Source of the DNA: Octopus vulgaris
Taxonomy: Eukaryota
DNA: 64,000 nucleotides
Direction: 5' to 3'
Assembly: GCA_951406725.2 (NCBI GenBank)
Contig: OX597816.1
Span: 112,840,001 to 112,904,000, forward strand
Shown in pieces: positions 25,435-39,359 of the stretch. The position numbers and the translations under genes were made by a program. Within the stretch, counting starts at the first letter, position 1. Each line of letters starts with the position of its first letter. The notes under the pieces are model-generated. The model saw only the letters and a list, made by a program, of their open reading frames with translations. It was not told the DNA's origin and made no database searches.

Positions 25435-25590
25435 ATTCTCTCTCTGTTTATTTTCTCTTATTCCTTTCTGATGAAGAGCATAGGCTCAAAACTTACATTT
25501 CCATTTTTCCTGAGCATCAAACTAATGCACTTGCTTGTTGTTCATACACTTGTCTTCATCTTTTGTTTTTCTATAATTTCAAGTATATAT
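25435..25590 (+). mobile_element. Penelope-like terminal fragment with degenerate hammerhead-like core
   Basis: ctgatga-a-gagc-atag-gctc-aaaac at 25468-25492; same family as 45725-45870 in reverse. Confidence 0.5.
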
Positions 25591-25612
25591 ATATGTATGT
25601 GTGTGTGTGTGC

Positions 25613-25648
<36 letters not shown>

Positions 25649-25980
25649 GCACACACAGAAAGAAATAAGGAGAGAAAATAAAGTATGTGTAGTGGCTAGT
25701 GATCTATCATGGCGAATGCTGGCCTGTGCATATTAACCTTCTCCAGCACTCTCTATACAACCTGGGAGGGCCCATACCCTCCCCTTCCACCATTAAGTAT
25801 ATTAGTCATGGGATGAATATTGGAATGGTTTCCTGCTGCCTTCTCTCAGCAGGTGAAATTTGAACTCAGAATGTAGAGAGCCAGAAGTTACACCATAAAG
25901 CATTTCTTCTGTCCCATACACTAGAGCAATGTCAAGTGAATTGTTTTGCTCAAGGACACAACATTGTGCCTGGTCTGTCA

Positions 25981-26106
25981 CAGCCAGGCTTTCTCTCTCA
26001 GCCAGGCTTTCTCTCACAGCCAGGCTTTCTCTCTCGGCCAGGCTTTCTCTCACAACCAGACTTTCTCTCACAGCCAGGCTTTCTCTCACAGCTAGGCTTT
26101 CTAACA
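25981..26106 (+). repeat. Minisatellite, 7 x 18 bp (cagccaggctttctctca)
   Basis: Units start at 25981, 25999, 26017, 26035, 26053, 26071 and 26089. Confidence 0.95.
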
Positions 26107-27304
26107 GCACCTTCCTTAATATTATATCCTATGTAATGATTTCTTACATTAGTACAAAGTTACACTTGGCCAGTACTTATGAACCCAATTAAAGAATCTC
26201 TATGTGGTTTCTCAAAGTGCTACAAATAGCAACCTAATCTCTTTTAAGCCACACTTTTGAATCTTTAAAAAGCAAAGGGCATATTAGATTGAGCACTTGT
26301 AGAAACATTGTGTCTAAACAAAAGACTGCATGATCACAACTGATAAGATTTTCCTCCTAGGTTTGGTCAATCAGAGCTGATCTCTGACTAGGCCACAGTA
26401 ACATTTGGCACATCTTTATTGACTCTGCAACAATGAAAGGTAAAATTTACTCAAGCAAAATTTGAACTTGGAATGTCACTGCATGTGGTCTAAATACTGA
26501 TATTTTGTACAATGTTATTAATGATTCTTTTATCAAGTAACCTACCTACTTCTGATTAAATTTGTTAGGTTCCTAATGGTGCTAAGTCTTATTTGGTTCG
26601 TTTTCATACTCTTTTAAAACAAGTAAAATGATTTAATTTCATAACAACTATTCTACCAAATTGGTTGTCTTCTTATGTGAGACTGCTTGCCACTATGATA
26701 TATTAATGGTAAGGTTTTACTGCTGTAAAACAGGCCAAATACATAGAAAATGTGACATCTATGAGTGTACTATGTGGATTGTGATAAACTATTTCCAATA
26801 ATAAATGTCTCATACTCTATAAATCCATGTTGATGACTGCAACCACCTCCATGGACTTGAGTGCATTTCTAAAATTGTTTAGTTTATGGGGAGAAACAGT
26901 CATGCTTTCTCTTCTTCTAATGAGTTTAATAGTAAAATGGTGTGGTAATGGTTAAATAGAAGTAATAAAGGTAAAAGTTGAAAACAGGTCAAAATTTAAT
27001 GTGAAGTTGGCTGACACCTGGGAAAAATTATACATACAAATTGCATGTTTATGTATAAAGAATAGAGAGAAATATTCCAGTTTATGGAGAAATCAATTGA
27101 AATCAGGATGATTAGTGATGTGTGCATTACGACATTTCAGAATTGGTGAAAAGGCTTCCTGTTATGGCAAGATGAAATGAAAAATTATGTTCCAAAATTG
27201 CATCAGAGTTATTGCTTTAAGTTCTACAGAAGTGATGACTAAGCTGGTACAGTTTTAAAAATCTATCAAACTCATACCCTTTTTGAAAAATTGATATAAA
27301 ATAG

Positions 27305-27605
27305 CACAAGTGCGGAAGTGTGGTTATGAAATTTGCTTTCAAGCCATGTGGTCTTGGGTTCAGTTTCAGTGTGTGGTACTCTGGGCAAGTGTTTTCTTCT
27401 ATAGACACAAGCCAATTATAGCCTTATGAGTGGATTTGGCTGATAGAAACTGAAAGAAGCCGATTGTGCATACATGTGTGTGTATTTCTGTTTGTCCTCC
27501 ACCATTGCTTAAGAACTGGGGTTGCTTTGTTTGACTAAACATTCTAAGTGATACCCTAGCATGGCTGCTGTCCAATGAGTTAAACAAGAGATAAAAGATA
27601 GATAA
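27305..27605 (+). mobile_element. SINE family A, old degenerate copy
   Basis: gggcaagtgttttcttctatag...gagtggatttggctgatagaaactgaaagaagcc...tttgactaaa...agcatggctgc. Confidence 0.75.
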
Positions 27606-29769
27606 TAAAAAGAAATAGCATACCAATGAAGATGCCTCCACTTGGCTGCTCAATCTGTTAAAAACAGCAGCCTAATCTACATCATATCATATTCTATCAT
27701 CTTAATGCAAGAACACATTTCATAATGATAAAAGGTTGTCCTATTTCCAGTTTCAAAGTATTTTCAAAATAGATATTTATATTTTGTCTCTAAATAAGTC
27801 TTATTTCTTTCTTTTCGACAAAAGCTTTAAAAGGGTTATTGAATATTAATGTGATTTTGACAAAGTTTAGGCTGTTGAAAAAGAAGTATTCAATTTTATC
27901 ACATATCATACAAAGAAAAAAAAGAAATGCATGCCAGGTCTGTACAGTTTGAGAACTTACTATTCACACAAGATATGCAGAGAAACTATTCAGTATTGGT
28001 GCCAGTGAAGCATATTATTTGTTAAGGTGAGCAAGCATGTAGCAGTGGACTGTTTGACTTAGATTGACTGTTTCAGCCAAACCAAATGAAATAAATAATC
28101 TAAAGTGAAAGAAGGCTATTTTTGCCAATATTGGTTATGTTTAATTCAATACTGAGAAAGAAAAAGTTATATCTCTTCCTTTTGGGAAACTAATTACTTG
28201 TTTAACTACAAAGATAAGACTGATAACATTTTATATCTAAGAAAGAGAATTCTGTTGTAACCAATATTGAATGGTACCTATTTTTATCTATAACATGTTT
28301 ATCAAAGATTCATTTTTTTCTTCTTTGTTGCAATACTTTGTAAAAGAATTCAAACTTATTTACCTCTGTCTCAATTTTCCTTATCTTTGACTGATTTTCT
28401 TCCTATTTTCTTTACTTCAGTGTCATATATAATATATAGAGAGAGAACTACATTATTGGGGTTATAATTGGCTTGTGAAAATACGCACACAGGTGTGCAA
28501 ACAAAAGAAAAGAGCACTCTGCACATGACATGAAGCTCAAATATTGGAAGTAAATCAGTTTAACCCAGTGTTGCACTATTTAAAGTTTTGTGAATGAAAT
28601 AAATGCTTAATATTGGATGGTAAAGCAGACACAGCTTCTAAATAAAACCAAGTGCCATTGGATGATGAACAGAATTCATTCTTATTTGGCAGTTTAGATT
28701 GCTTGATAGATGCTATATTCTGGTGCCCAGTGGCAGCTGCCAGATTGGAGGCAATTTTAATGCAGTAATAATGTCCCTTAATTTCATTAGAAATTCCAGT
28801 AAAAATTTCAGCTATTTATGGAGTGGTATAAACAGCTAAGAGCTTAAAATTAGATTATAGAAAGATCATTGCTGACATAATAAATTAAGTTTCCTTGTTA
28901 AATAATACATCTTGCTGTTGCAATATGTACAGTTTGTTGGATCAATACTGACAATTGTGCACACTGGGTGAGTAAGGCAGTCTTAACAACAATGTTCCAA
29001 GTCATACAGAGGGACATATTTTCCTGATACTGGAGTGTTGTGATAAACAGGGACAGAGTGGTGGAATTTTTGTTGTCTGTGACCCAGAGAGGTGCACGTA
29101 CTAAGTGAACCTTATTTACAATCAGGTGGGGGTAACAGTCATATAAGGCTCTGGAAAGGCAGAATACTTTCAGTAATATATAAGAAATTGATTGTGGTTA
29201 GTTTGATGGAGATAGCTATATTTAAGGTAAACTTCTTGAAGATTCCAGTCAAGTTCTCTGTTTATAAAATGACCATGCATATTACTTGAAATTGCCATCC
29301 CACCTCCTCCGTACAAATCTGAGCACACACGTATTGGGTTGTGTGTGTATACATATATATGTACGTATAGAAATCAAATATAAAATATAAAATATAAATT
29401 ACAAAGTGGGACAAGAACGCAAAAACACACAAAGAGACGACACAAAAAAACAGACGGGTCACTCGAAGCCTCTAATCTTCAGTCGCATCATACACACAGC
29501 AACAACATATAAAGCATTTTAAGAGCATTCTTTCTGGTAAAACATTAATTAATTTTGCAATCCCATGACAATCTTACTTTTGCCATATTCTCTACAGCTT
29601 CCCATATCATCTCCCTTGCCTTTATTTCCTCCCTCTATCATCTTTAGCCATGCTTTTCCTTTTCCAGTCTTCTTCTACTTCTTTCCACTTTCATTTCCAT
29701 TGTACTTCTCACCCAACCACCTTCGTCTTTCCTCAATACATTTGCTCCAGAAACAACGTTAAATGTGGT

Positions 29770-30150
29770 TTAGTTAAGTGTGTGTGCTTAGCAGCATTTC
29801 ATCCATTTTTATGTTCTGAATTCAAATTCCACCAAAATCAACTTTGCCTTTCATCTTTCTTGAGTTGATGGAATAAGTAGCAGTTGAGCACTGGGGTTGT
29901 TGTAATTGTCTAGCCAGTCATCCTGCCAAAATTTCAGGTCTTATAATAGAAAGGATTACTAGTACTGCCAATAAAGTGGTAAGCCAGCAGAATCGTTAGA
30001 GCATTGGAGAGATGCTTTGCTGTATTTATTTTAACTCTTCACATTCTGAGTACAGATTCTGCTAAAGTCAGCTTTGCCTTTCATTCTTTCATGGTCAATA
30101 AAATAAATAGCAGTCCAGTAGTGTGGTCAATGTAATTGGTTTCTCCCTCC
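29770..30150 (+). mobile_element. Two tandem degenerate family-B SINEs
   Basis: Two copies of ttctgaattcaaattc..ctttgcctttcat..aataagtagcagt..gtaatt. Confidence 0.7.
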
Positions 30151-30159
30151 TATAATCTG

Positions 30160-30660
30160 CATTGCTCAGCATATCAATCTCCTGGAAACTGTTCAGAAGC
30201 ATATAATCAGATGAATACCCACTGTCAGGCATCTACCATACACTGAATGTCTTGCTTCCCTGGGCATGGACACATTAAAGCTCCAACATCTGGCAAATGA
30301 CATAGCAGACACTCACAAGATTATCCAACAACAATCTTGGGCACCTTTTTGAATCCCATATGTCAAACATTCATGGAACATGCTTACAAAATCTAAAAGC
30401 AACACAACACCCATGACTTTCAGAAGCATTTTTCATGCTCAGGATTGCTGAAGCATAGGAAAAAATACCTGCATCAGTCATTAGCTGTCAAGACACTACA
30501 TCCTTCAAAACTTCCATGCTTCCTGAAATTCACCACTCTTGTTTCTTCTTTTTTTCTTTTTTTTTTTAGACTTTTTCACTGTTCACTTCCTGTGCATATT
30601 CTATGTACTGTTCATGCAGTTTTGGTTCCTTTTTTTGATGAGTTGTAATGCCTCTGAGAA
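30160..30660 (+). mobile_element. CR1-clade LINE 3' fragment
   Basis: Reads INLLETVQKHIIR*IPTVRHLPYTECLASLGMDTLKLQHLANDIADTHKII, matching the CR1 C-terminal pattern LE-VQRRA..Y-ERL--L-L-SL--RR---D----YKI. Confidence 0.75.
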
Positions 30661-31607
30661 CTGTATATTATTTGTTTATCATTATTATAAAAACTACTGA
30701 TCTTGTACCAAAATTAGGAAGAATTATTTTAACTAATAATACTACTCCCATCTTCCATATTAAAATAGGCTACTAATTTTTGCAGCAGGACTTAAGCTGC
30801 TTCTTTTAATAGTACTGTCCTTTTGGTTGGATATACTTTGAGGTATTTTTTATATAAGCCTACTTTATCAAGTTTTATACTTCTGCTGATTCTGCAATGA
30901 AGTTAGTGTTTGTATACAAAAACCTGTCTTCTTGGTTTATTTGTTTGTGTATGTGAGAGAGAGAGAGAGAGAAATCCAGAGACAGGGTTGGGTTTAAGAT
31001 GTAGGATTAAGATTAAGCTGACAAAAAAGCTAAAACAAGACAGAATTTAGCATCATGTTTTGAGATCATTTTAGCATAAACCAACCAAGTTCCAATTTCA
31101 AGAAAAAGGTTAATTAGATTCACAAATTTTACAAAAATAAGTCTCTGGTGGGCATAATTTTATGTTTAACAATATTTCTATTATTGGAACCAGGGTACTT
31201 GGTACAAATTGATAATTGATTTCATAAACATGATAATATATTCACTTTCAATTCTCTTAAGTAAATACATAATTTTTAAAAATCTTTGATGTTATATGCA
31301 ACTTATGGTTCACCATTCATTCTGGCTTTGAATATTCTTCTTCTTCTTGAGGAGAGACATAATCAATTGAATAATTACCAGTAATTATTTTATTGACCTG
31401 GGAATGTGAAATGAAATGTATGGTTGATTCTTGTAGGATTTGAACTTCACACTAAGAAGAATGAAATCTCATCAAAGTTATGTAACTTGCCACTATGAAA
31501 CATTTAATAAATATTTTAAAAATTCACCCCCATCTCTCTCTTTCTCTCTCTCTCTCTCCCTTTCTCTCTCTTTCTCTCTCTCTCTCTCCATATATATATT
31601 ATATATC

Positions 31608-31995
31608 TTCTACTTGCTCTAGTCATTTGACTGTGGCCATGCTAGGGTACCACCATGAAGGGTTTTAATCAAACAAATTGACCCCAAAACTTTATATTTT
31701 TTAAGCCTGGTACTTATTCTATCAGTCTCTTTTGCTGAACCTCTAAGCTACAGGGATGTAAAGACACGAGCAACCATTGTCAAGCTGTGGTGGAGGACAA
31801 AGACACACACACACACTCACACATACATACATACATACACAATGGGTTTCTTTCCGTTTCTGTCTACCAAATCCACTCACAAGGCTTTGGTCAGCTCGAG
31901 GCTATAGCAGGAGACACTCGCCCAAGGTCCCACACAGTGGGACTGAACCCAGTACCATGTGGCTGGGAAGCAAGCTTCTTACCCCACAGCCACAG
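31608..31995 (-). mobile_element. SINE family A, full length
   Basis: Colinear with 54180-54623. Confidence 0.9.
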
Positions 31996-32359
31996 ATTTG
32001 TATAAAATTCTTCAAATATGCCAAGAACATATAAGCCTGTTCCTCTTTCTCACAGCAAATCAATTTATCCCACTCTAGAATTGTTTGTTTATTCTCACTA
32101 ATTGTCAATGTAGACCAGTGCTAGTTTCTTCAGATTCTTCTGTTTACTTAGTAAAATATTTAGTCTGCTGGTCTACAATTTTATCCAACTCATTGCCATT
32201 TTTAGAAAATGGTTCAGGAAAGAATTTACTTGTTTACATTTTTTCTTGGGATATTTTTATATCCAGTGGTTTAGTACATTAGAAGTTAAATTTAGCAGTA
32301 TATATTGAACATTTGCAATCATTTTCTCTCTCTCTCTCACTCTCTCTTTCATTATACAT

Positions 32360-32386
32360 ATATGGACATATATGTATGAATGTATA

Positions 32387-32437
<51 letters not shown>

Positions 32438-32655
32438 ACATATGTGTGTATATATTTGTAAGTGTGTGTATATATGTATGTATGTGTACATATGTGTGTA
32501 TATATTTGTATGTATGTGTACATATGTGTGTATATATTTGTATGTATGTGTACATATGTGTGTATATTTTTGTATGTATGTGTACATATGTTTGTATATG
32601 TACGTGCATATATGTACATCTGTATGTGTATATGTGTGTGTGTAAATATGTATAT
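32360..32655. repeat. (AT)n plus a ~32-bp TA/TG-rich minisatellite (gtacatatgtgtgtatatatttgtatgtatgt)
   Basis: Unit recurs four to five times between 32430 and 32600. Confidence 0.9.
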
Positions 32656-32904
32656 TCAGATATGAATTTCAGCTATGTTCTTGCTTGGAACAGTGGTTTA
32701 AATAAACGGAAAATATGTAATATTAGAATTGCTTTTATTTTGATACCAGCATCTGATTTTAATGTATAAGCAAATTAATTTTCCAAGTAACATATCTTAC
32801 CACCCTTTCCAAATATTTCTCTGTAAATTTTTAATATGTATGGTTGATTCTTGTAATTCATTGTTAAACAAATTTTCTTGTAATTATTAAATTTCTTCTT
32901 GTGA

Positions 32905-33111
32905 GAAGAAGCTTGCTTCCCAACCACATGGTTCCAGGTCCAGTCCCACTGCTTGACATGTTGGGCAAGTGTCTTCTGCTATAGCCTCAAGCTGACCAAA
33001 GCTTTGTGAGTGGGTTTTGAACTCAGAACATGAATATCAATGAAATGCCGCTAAGCATTTTCCCCAGTGTGCTAACAATTCTGCCTGCTCACCGTTACAA
33101 TAATAATGATG

Positions 33112-33140
<29 letters not shown>
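32905..33140. mobile_element. Fused SINE A head (+) and SINE B head (-), followed by (AAT)n
   Basis: Family A head at 32905-33012 abuts the reverse complement of a family-B head (tttgaactcagaac...ccgctaagcatttt...ctcaccg). Confidence 0.75.
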
Positions 33141-33143
<3 letters not shown>

Positions 33144-33359
33144 AATATATGCAAATATATGTGATTTAAGTTTTTCTCCTTTATTAGTGACCAGCTTTAA
33201 TTGTACAAAGGGATAAGGCCTTTTGTTTATATCACGACACATTCTGGAGGTTTGTAAACATGTATTTAGTGTGTTTATGTGTGTGTGTAGTGAGTGTGCA
33301 TGTCACTTTAATACACATATACATTTGCTTTTTTTGTCCTTTGTGTTTGTTTATTCTAT

Positions 33360-33560
33360 ATACACAAGTGTGCAAATGTTGTCTGAGAACCTCAGCTGTA
33401 GAATCCCAGGAACGCTTTGCAACTTTTATTGGACCACTATTCAACTGTATTTGGAGAGTGCAGATTAGTTTGCTTTGGTCTTTCTTAGAAGACCCCAGCA
33501 TTTCTAGGCATTGGTGCAAATTTCTTGTTACATAGACCAATGTATCTATTGTACTAGGTA
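33360..33560 (-). mobile_element. Possible RLE-type (R4/NeSL-like) C-terminal relic
   Basis: Minus-strand ORF has MLGS..KLI..TAEVLRQHL, similar to the GALG...TAxILRK-L C-terminus of RLE elements. Confidence 0.35.
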
Positions 33561-36500
33561 CAAATGAAAATCTTCAATTTGGATATAAAAGCTGAAGTTT
33601 CTCATAAGATGTTCTCTTTTTTTAAGGTTTGCTCAATCAGACTACTCTGGGATTAAATAACAACTTACTAGTTCTTATTAGCTTACTCATTCATTAAGAA
33701 CTTTGGTTCCTGTTACCAACCCTGACCTGTGTCCAAGTGTGATAATATTTTCTCAAGACCTGGCATGTTTTCAAAGAAGACTAGTAACAAAGGACACCAC
33801 TTTTATGACAGTGGCACTCATTTACAACTATCATAGAAAAAGAGATGTACACTTACACGTGCATACATGCAATGGGCTTCTTTCAGTTTCCATGTACCAA
33901 ATTCATTCACAAGGCTTAGATTGTCTCAGGGTTATAATAGAAGACATTTGCCCAAGAAATTATGCAGTAGAACTGAACCCAAACCATGTGGTTGGAAAGT
34001 GAACTTTTTAAACACAAAGCCATACCTAAACACTCCTAAAAAAGCTAGAACATATACTGCAAACACATTTACCAATCCATAGTTCTGGATAGACAAAATA
34101 ATGAAAATATTTAAATGAAATAAAACATAATGTATTTCTTTGAACAGTGTAGTGGAAAGTTTCCAGGAAGTCATGTTAGCAATGCAGTTTGACATAACAT
34201 GCTCCCCATAACTGCATTTTTAGTTTGGTTGATTGACACCTCTCATTTGGAATGTCTTCATATTTCTTAGAATGTGGCATGGTGAAGCCAAAAAAGAAAA
34301 AAAAACAATCTTCTGCAACAGGACAGTGTTTCATTTTTTACAAATGTGTGTATGCATGAAGAAAATGCTTGTTTATGCATGTGTGTGCAACTGCAAAGCT
34401 AATTTTCCATCAATGTGACAGAGTCTCATTTTATTTTGTGTATATGCCTGTGATTCTGTATGTTTCAGGAACAAGATGAAGTCAGTGAACACATGATGAA
34501 ATCATTTCAGAAATATTTTCTGTAGCAAAATTAGTTCCTTTTAGGTTTCTTGCCAAAAACATATTTTATTTTGCCCACTTTTGACATCAATATTTCATAT
34601 AATTTCATCTGTAAGCTATTTAGAAACTGGCCAGAAAATACCAACTACTCAACTGTTTTTGGCTATAAGAAGCAAAATTAACCAATATGGACCGGATAAA
34701 ACTATTCAGATATTCGAAATAGTAAAGTATATTAAGCATTTATTGATATGCTATGAGAATTATTGACTTGTCTCATTGGCTGAATGTAAGTGATGGATGA
34801 TAAAGTAGAGTATGGATGAGGTTCTTTACTTATATATCTATTCCAACAAAAAGAGATTTGAAATAAATCAATCAAACTTAAGTACTCCTGCTGTATAATA
34901 ATGATGTTTTATAAATCTAGCATCAAGACTGTATCACCTCATTTGAGACTTGCTATTCTGTTTTATTTATTTATTTTTTTTAAATATTTGTTACTTTACT
35001 GTTTTGCATTTCTTCTCTTTATGTCTTTTTCCTTCACATTCTATTCCTTCCTCTCTCTCACTCTCTCTTTCCATTTATCCATCTCTCTAACTTCCATCTC
35101 TCACCTCTTCCCTTCTCTTCCTCTTCCACTTTTCTAGAGTAAAATGTCTCTCTCCTCAAACTGCAATGTCTTAGCCTCATCTAATTATATCTGTTTATTT
35201 ATTCAGAATGAAAATAAACCTAACCATTATTGTAAAAGTTTGTTTCACACAAAGTTATTCTTTTGGACATTTTTCTCTAGCTGTAGCACATTAAAGCTTC
35301 ATCTCTCCTATAAATAATGGAATATTTCAATAGAAAGACCGAATATATTTATTCTTTGTTAAATTATCTTATTTAGTGCAATTTTGTTTTTTACTAAAAG
35401 CAATTTATATTGAAATTCATGAATACAGAACATAAAGTTGAAACACTTATTAATTGATAATTTCCCTCTTTTAAGTAGCAATCAGACTTGATGATATTTA
35501 GGATGATAGTTCAACAATGGAGTATTACATTTTGACTATATTACTAAGATTTGACAATTGTAGGTTCAAATCTCAAAAATATGATTATATTTGTCATTGA
35601 TTTAGAGTTGTGATAATAAGTATTGATTTGACTTTCTCAATGATGAAAATAAAATTTTTTTTAAAGAACTCAAAACCAATAACATAGCAAAGGTTCTCAG
35701 GGTGAAGTGGTAAAAATAATTTTTGCACCTTCACTTAACTAATGGGTATGATAAGCAATAGAACATTTTGCTTCCCTTTATGCCTATGTATAGGAGATTT
35801 CTATATATTATGGTTTCTAAAATAAAGCTTTGTGGTACAAGGTCACAAATTGTTGATAGAAAGATGAATGAGTTGATTTAATTGAAAAAAAGTATTTGTC
35901 GGGTACTCTTTGATTGCCACAAAAAGGATGAAACACAAAGTCAGCAATGATTTGATTTAAACTAAAAATGCAAAGGAACAAATGAAATACTACAATTACC
36001 TACCATCTATGCTTCTTTCAGTAATATAATGAAATTACAATTAACTTTCTATTTGTTAACTATTTTGTCTAATATTGCTACTGTATCACTATTTTCATAG
36101 AAATCTGACTCTGATCAACTTCCATTGAGGTGATACAGATATCATGTTATAAAGTCCTTGTGTATGTATATATGTGTGATTCTCATTCTACATCTTGTAA
36201 AGTGAAATTACAATATAGGGAATACAATTTGATGGTGTCTTACTAAGTCCCATTTGTAGCAAGTTCTTACAATTCTTTCCTTGAACTCCCTTTCAAGTAA
36301 GAATTAATGTATTTTGGTTTAATATATTTTTATTTAAAGATGTAGCTTAGTGCTTGGGATGTTGAAAGCACAGTCATTAGGTCATGAGATCAATTCTTAG
36401 GTTAGGCAGCATGTTGCGTTCATTAGTAAGACACTTCATTTAACATTACCCCTGCTGGAAATAAGTACCAGTGATACCTTGGTTGTTAACCCTGCAATTG

Positions 36501-36619
36501 ACAGGCATCTCATTTTTAAAAAATCTTTACTTTCATCTAAGATACCTTGGAGATCTGGTTAAGCAAAAACCTTGTGGGCCTGGAGGCTGATGACAGATAT
36601 TGTCAGTTTAATGATGTTC

Positions 36620-37500
36620 CATGTCTTCATCAAAATGGTTGAGTATATCTTTAAATCAAAGCTTATTTCGATATGTAAACCATTTGGAAATGAGAGCACT
36701 CACAGTTCAAAGATAGAGTTTCATCAGTGAGAAGGAAATTTTTTAAATGGTTATGGGTGCATAAAGAATTTTCTCTGTCTGATGAGGAGCTTTTCTGGAA
36801 ACATCAATTCTCTCAGTTCATATCATACAAACTTATCTAAATACTCAATTTGCCGATGCAAGTCATCATTAGTCTTGTGGGACTCTGATTTCTATTAACT
36901 CATTTCATTGATCTGTGGCTTAAAGTTTCAGATCACTAAACATTGATGTATTCTAGAGCAAAATTTTAATCTCCAATCATTTTAAAGAGCAAGCCATCAT
37001 CTGCAAATATAGCTTGGTAAAATTTACCATGCTTTTGCTAATTGTTGTGTCACTTATTTAATTATGTCTATATTCCTACCCATTGATCTAGGATGTGAGC
37101 TGGTGGGAGAGAGAACTACACCAGCACTCAGCTGGTACTAATTTTCAGCTGGGTAAGTTGGAGCAATGTGAAATGAAGCGCCTTAGTTAAGGACACAAAA
37201 TACCACCTGGTCCAGGAATTGAACTCATGACATTATGACTGAGTTAAACAGCCTAACCACCAGGTATTCAAAATACTCTTCTTGAAACCAGAATCTTTAA
37301 GAAGTGAACATATTTATCTCTACTCAATATCGTTATTTGACATCCATTCCATAGCACTTGCAAGAAAATTTTGCTTGTGTTTTATTCTTCAAGCTAATTA
37401 TTAACCAAGATTGCCATCTTTCTCATGTCCCTTTTATATTTTCTTTTCTAAGAGAACCCTTTTGAAAAATAATTGCAAAATATATCCAAATTGCAAATTT
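36620..37500 (-). mobile_element. Decayed mariner-type transposase, interrupted by a family-C SINE (37080-37262)
   Basis: Minus-strand relics resemble the N-terminal K-YG..WF, WVPHEL (tgtatgatatgaactg) and TxDE motifs in the expected order; heavily degraded. Confidence 0.35.
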
Positions 37501-38968
37501 CATAACATTATTTTCCCATTATATTTATAATTCATAAATAATTCTTCAGGGCAACTTTGAAAATGAAAATTATTCCTCCTTCCAAATTTGAATTTGAAAT
37601 TTAAAAGTTGTAAATTTTGATTTTACGATGAGTGTTAATTATTTTTCTATTCTTCATAAAAATCTTTAGTTATTTGATACTGCGTATCTGTGTGTGTGTG
37701 TGTGTGTTTTCTTCAAACCTTTAAAGGATCTTCATGAGTAAATGTTCTTCATTAAATATCTCCATCAATTTTCTTCCTCTTCTTTATTCACTCCCAAATA
37801 TTTGATTTACTTAAAAATTCTTCGGTAATTCAAAAAATACTGCCTTGGGTTTCAAAGCCATCAATTTCATCTCTTTCTTGATCCTTACATATATTTCAAA
37901 TTATCAACAGAAAGTTATTTAATTTGACATCATGTTGAAAAATTGGGAATATTATATCTAAAATTGGGGTTGTGATGTGTGAAAATGTGTTTGTTTAAGT
38001 GGATGTATCATTGCATGTGTGTACATCCATTTGTATATTTTTGGTTTTTGAACATACGTATATTTCTGTATGTACGTATGTATAGCTGGATCTAGACATA
38101 CTTATCACTCTCTTTCCTTTTCCCCTTTCTCTGAATTTTACCTCTTATTCAAACCATTTTCTCTGTTGCTCTTATTATTTCTATTCTTTCACTTGTATCT
38201 CACTTTCTCATTAATTTCTAATTACACACATGCTACCTTTCAATATTCACTTGTACCTCAAGGTTGAAATGGCTTGTTAAAACAGAAATGGTGAATTCAT
38301 TCCAATCTTGCACTTGAAATATTTGTCCTTACTAATTTGTTATATATATATATAATAATTAGAAGAAGAAAATGAAAAAAAATATTTGATTAATAAGATT
38401 GTTTATTTATACACGTGCACACTACTGTACAAGAGTCTCAGGGATATATACATTTTTAGAAATACTCCTTCAGAATATGTAAAAGATAATGAAAAGAGTG
38501 TTTTATTTAAGCATTTACATGAAGTCATTTTTGGTGCACATTTGACAAATAACTGATTATACATTAAATTTATAATTGCCTTTGGCTAATAAAACAGTTT
38601 CACTTCTCTTTGGAATGCTAAGTTGTAATTAGGCAATATGATTTAGAGTAATTTTATTTCAGGGCTTTCTGAAGTATTTTGCTACAGTTCTTTCGATATT
38701 AACTGCTTTTTTTTTTAGTTTTGTTTGGTCTAAACAGTCACACAGAGTGTCAGTATTACTCAGTTCTAGTCTTGGGAAGGGGTGCACAAATACACACACA
38801 CAAAATGAGATACCATATTACATCGGCTATCCACAGTAGCATGGGTTGAGTGGTTTGCAGGATCCAAAGGGTTGAAAGATTACATCTTGATCCAGTTACT
38901 TCATTTTGTCATAGTTTCTATTACTGGGTGGCCTTTCTCATGCCAACCACTTTACAGAGTGTATTGGC

Positions 38969-39003
<35 letters not shown>

Positions 39004-39359
39004 CACACACACACTCACATATATATATATACACACCCTTGATAATGAAGCATACAGATACTCCACATTGTACATGGTTATTAGTCTTAGCAAGACATTT
39101 TTCACCAAAATGCACAACAAATATTCACATAAACTCTGAATTATTTGGTTCTGTGACATAAGTCTGTAGGTTGAAAAAACAACAAATTGACATTAAAGGT
39201 AGGGCTGTACAAAGTAGTTTGTACAAAAATGTATTAATTCAATGAGCTCTGGCTGGCAAGTTAATATTAGTTATTTATTCGTAATTTTATTCATTAATGA
39301 AGGGATGACTTACTTAGAGTTGATACTAATCTCTAGTTATGAATCACCCCTGATCATAC

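Noticed and set aside
32279-32769. Overlapping ORFs rich in Y/I/H/T/C/V (also near 12289, 23276, 46910 and 54338)
   Set aside because: They are translations of (AT)n/(AC)n/(TG)n microsatellites.
34469-34525. Acceptor followed by EQDEVSEHMMKSFQKYFL* (similarly LYGIQRLKSVKDKKREIAARLQYDLDQFL* near 9258)
   Set aside because: No homology recognised and no supporting neighbouring exons.
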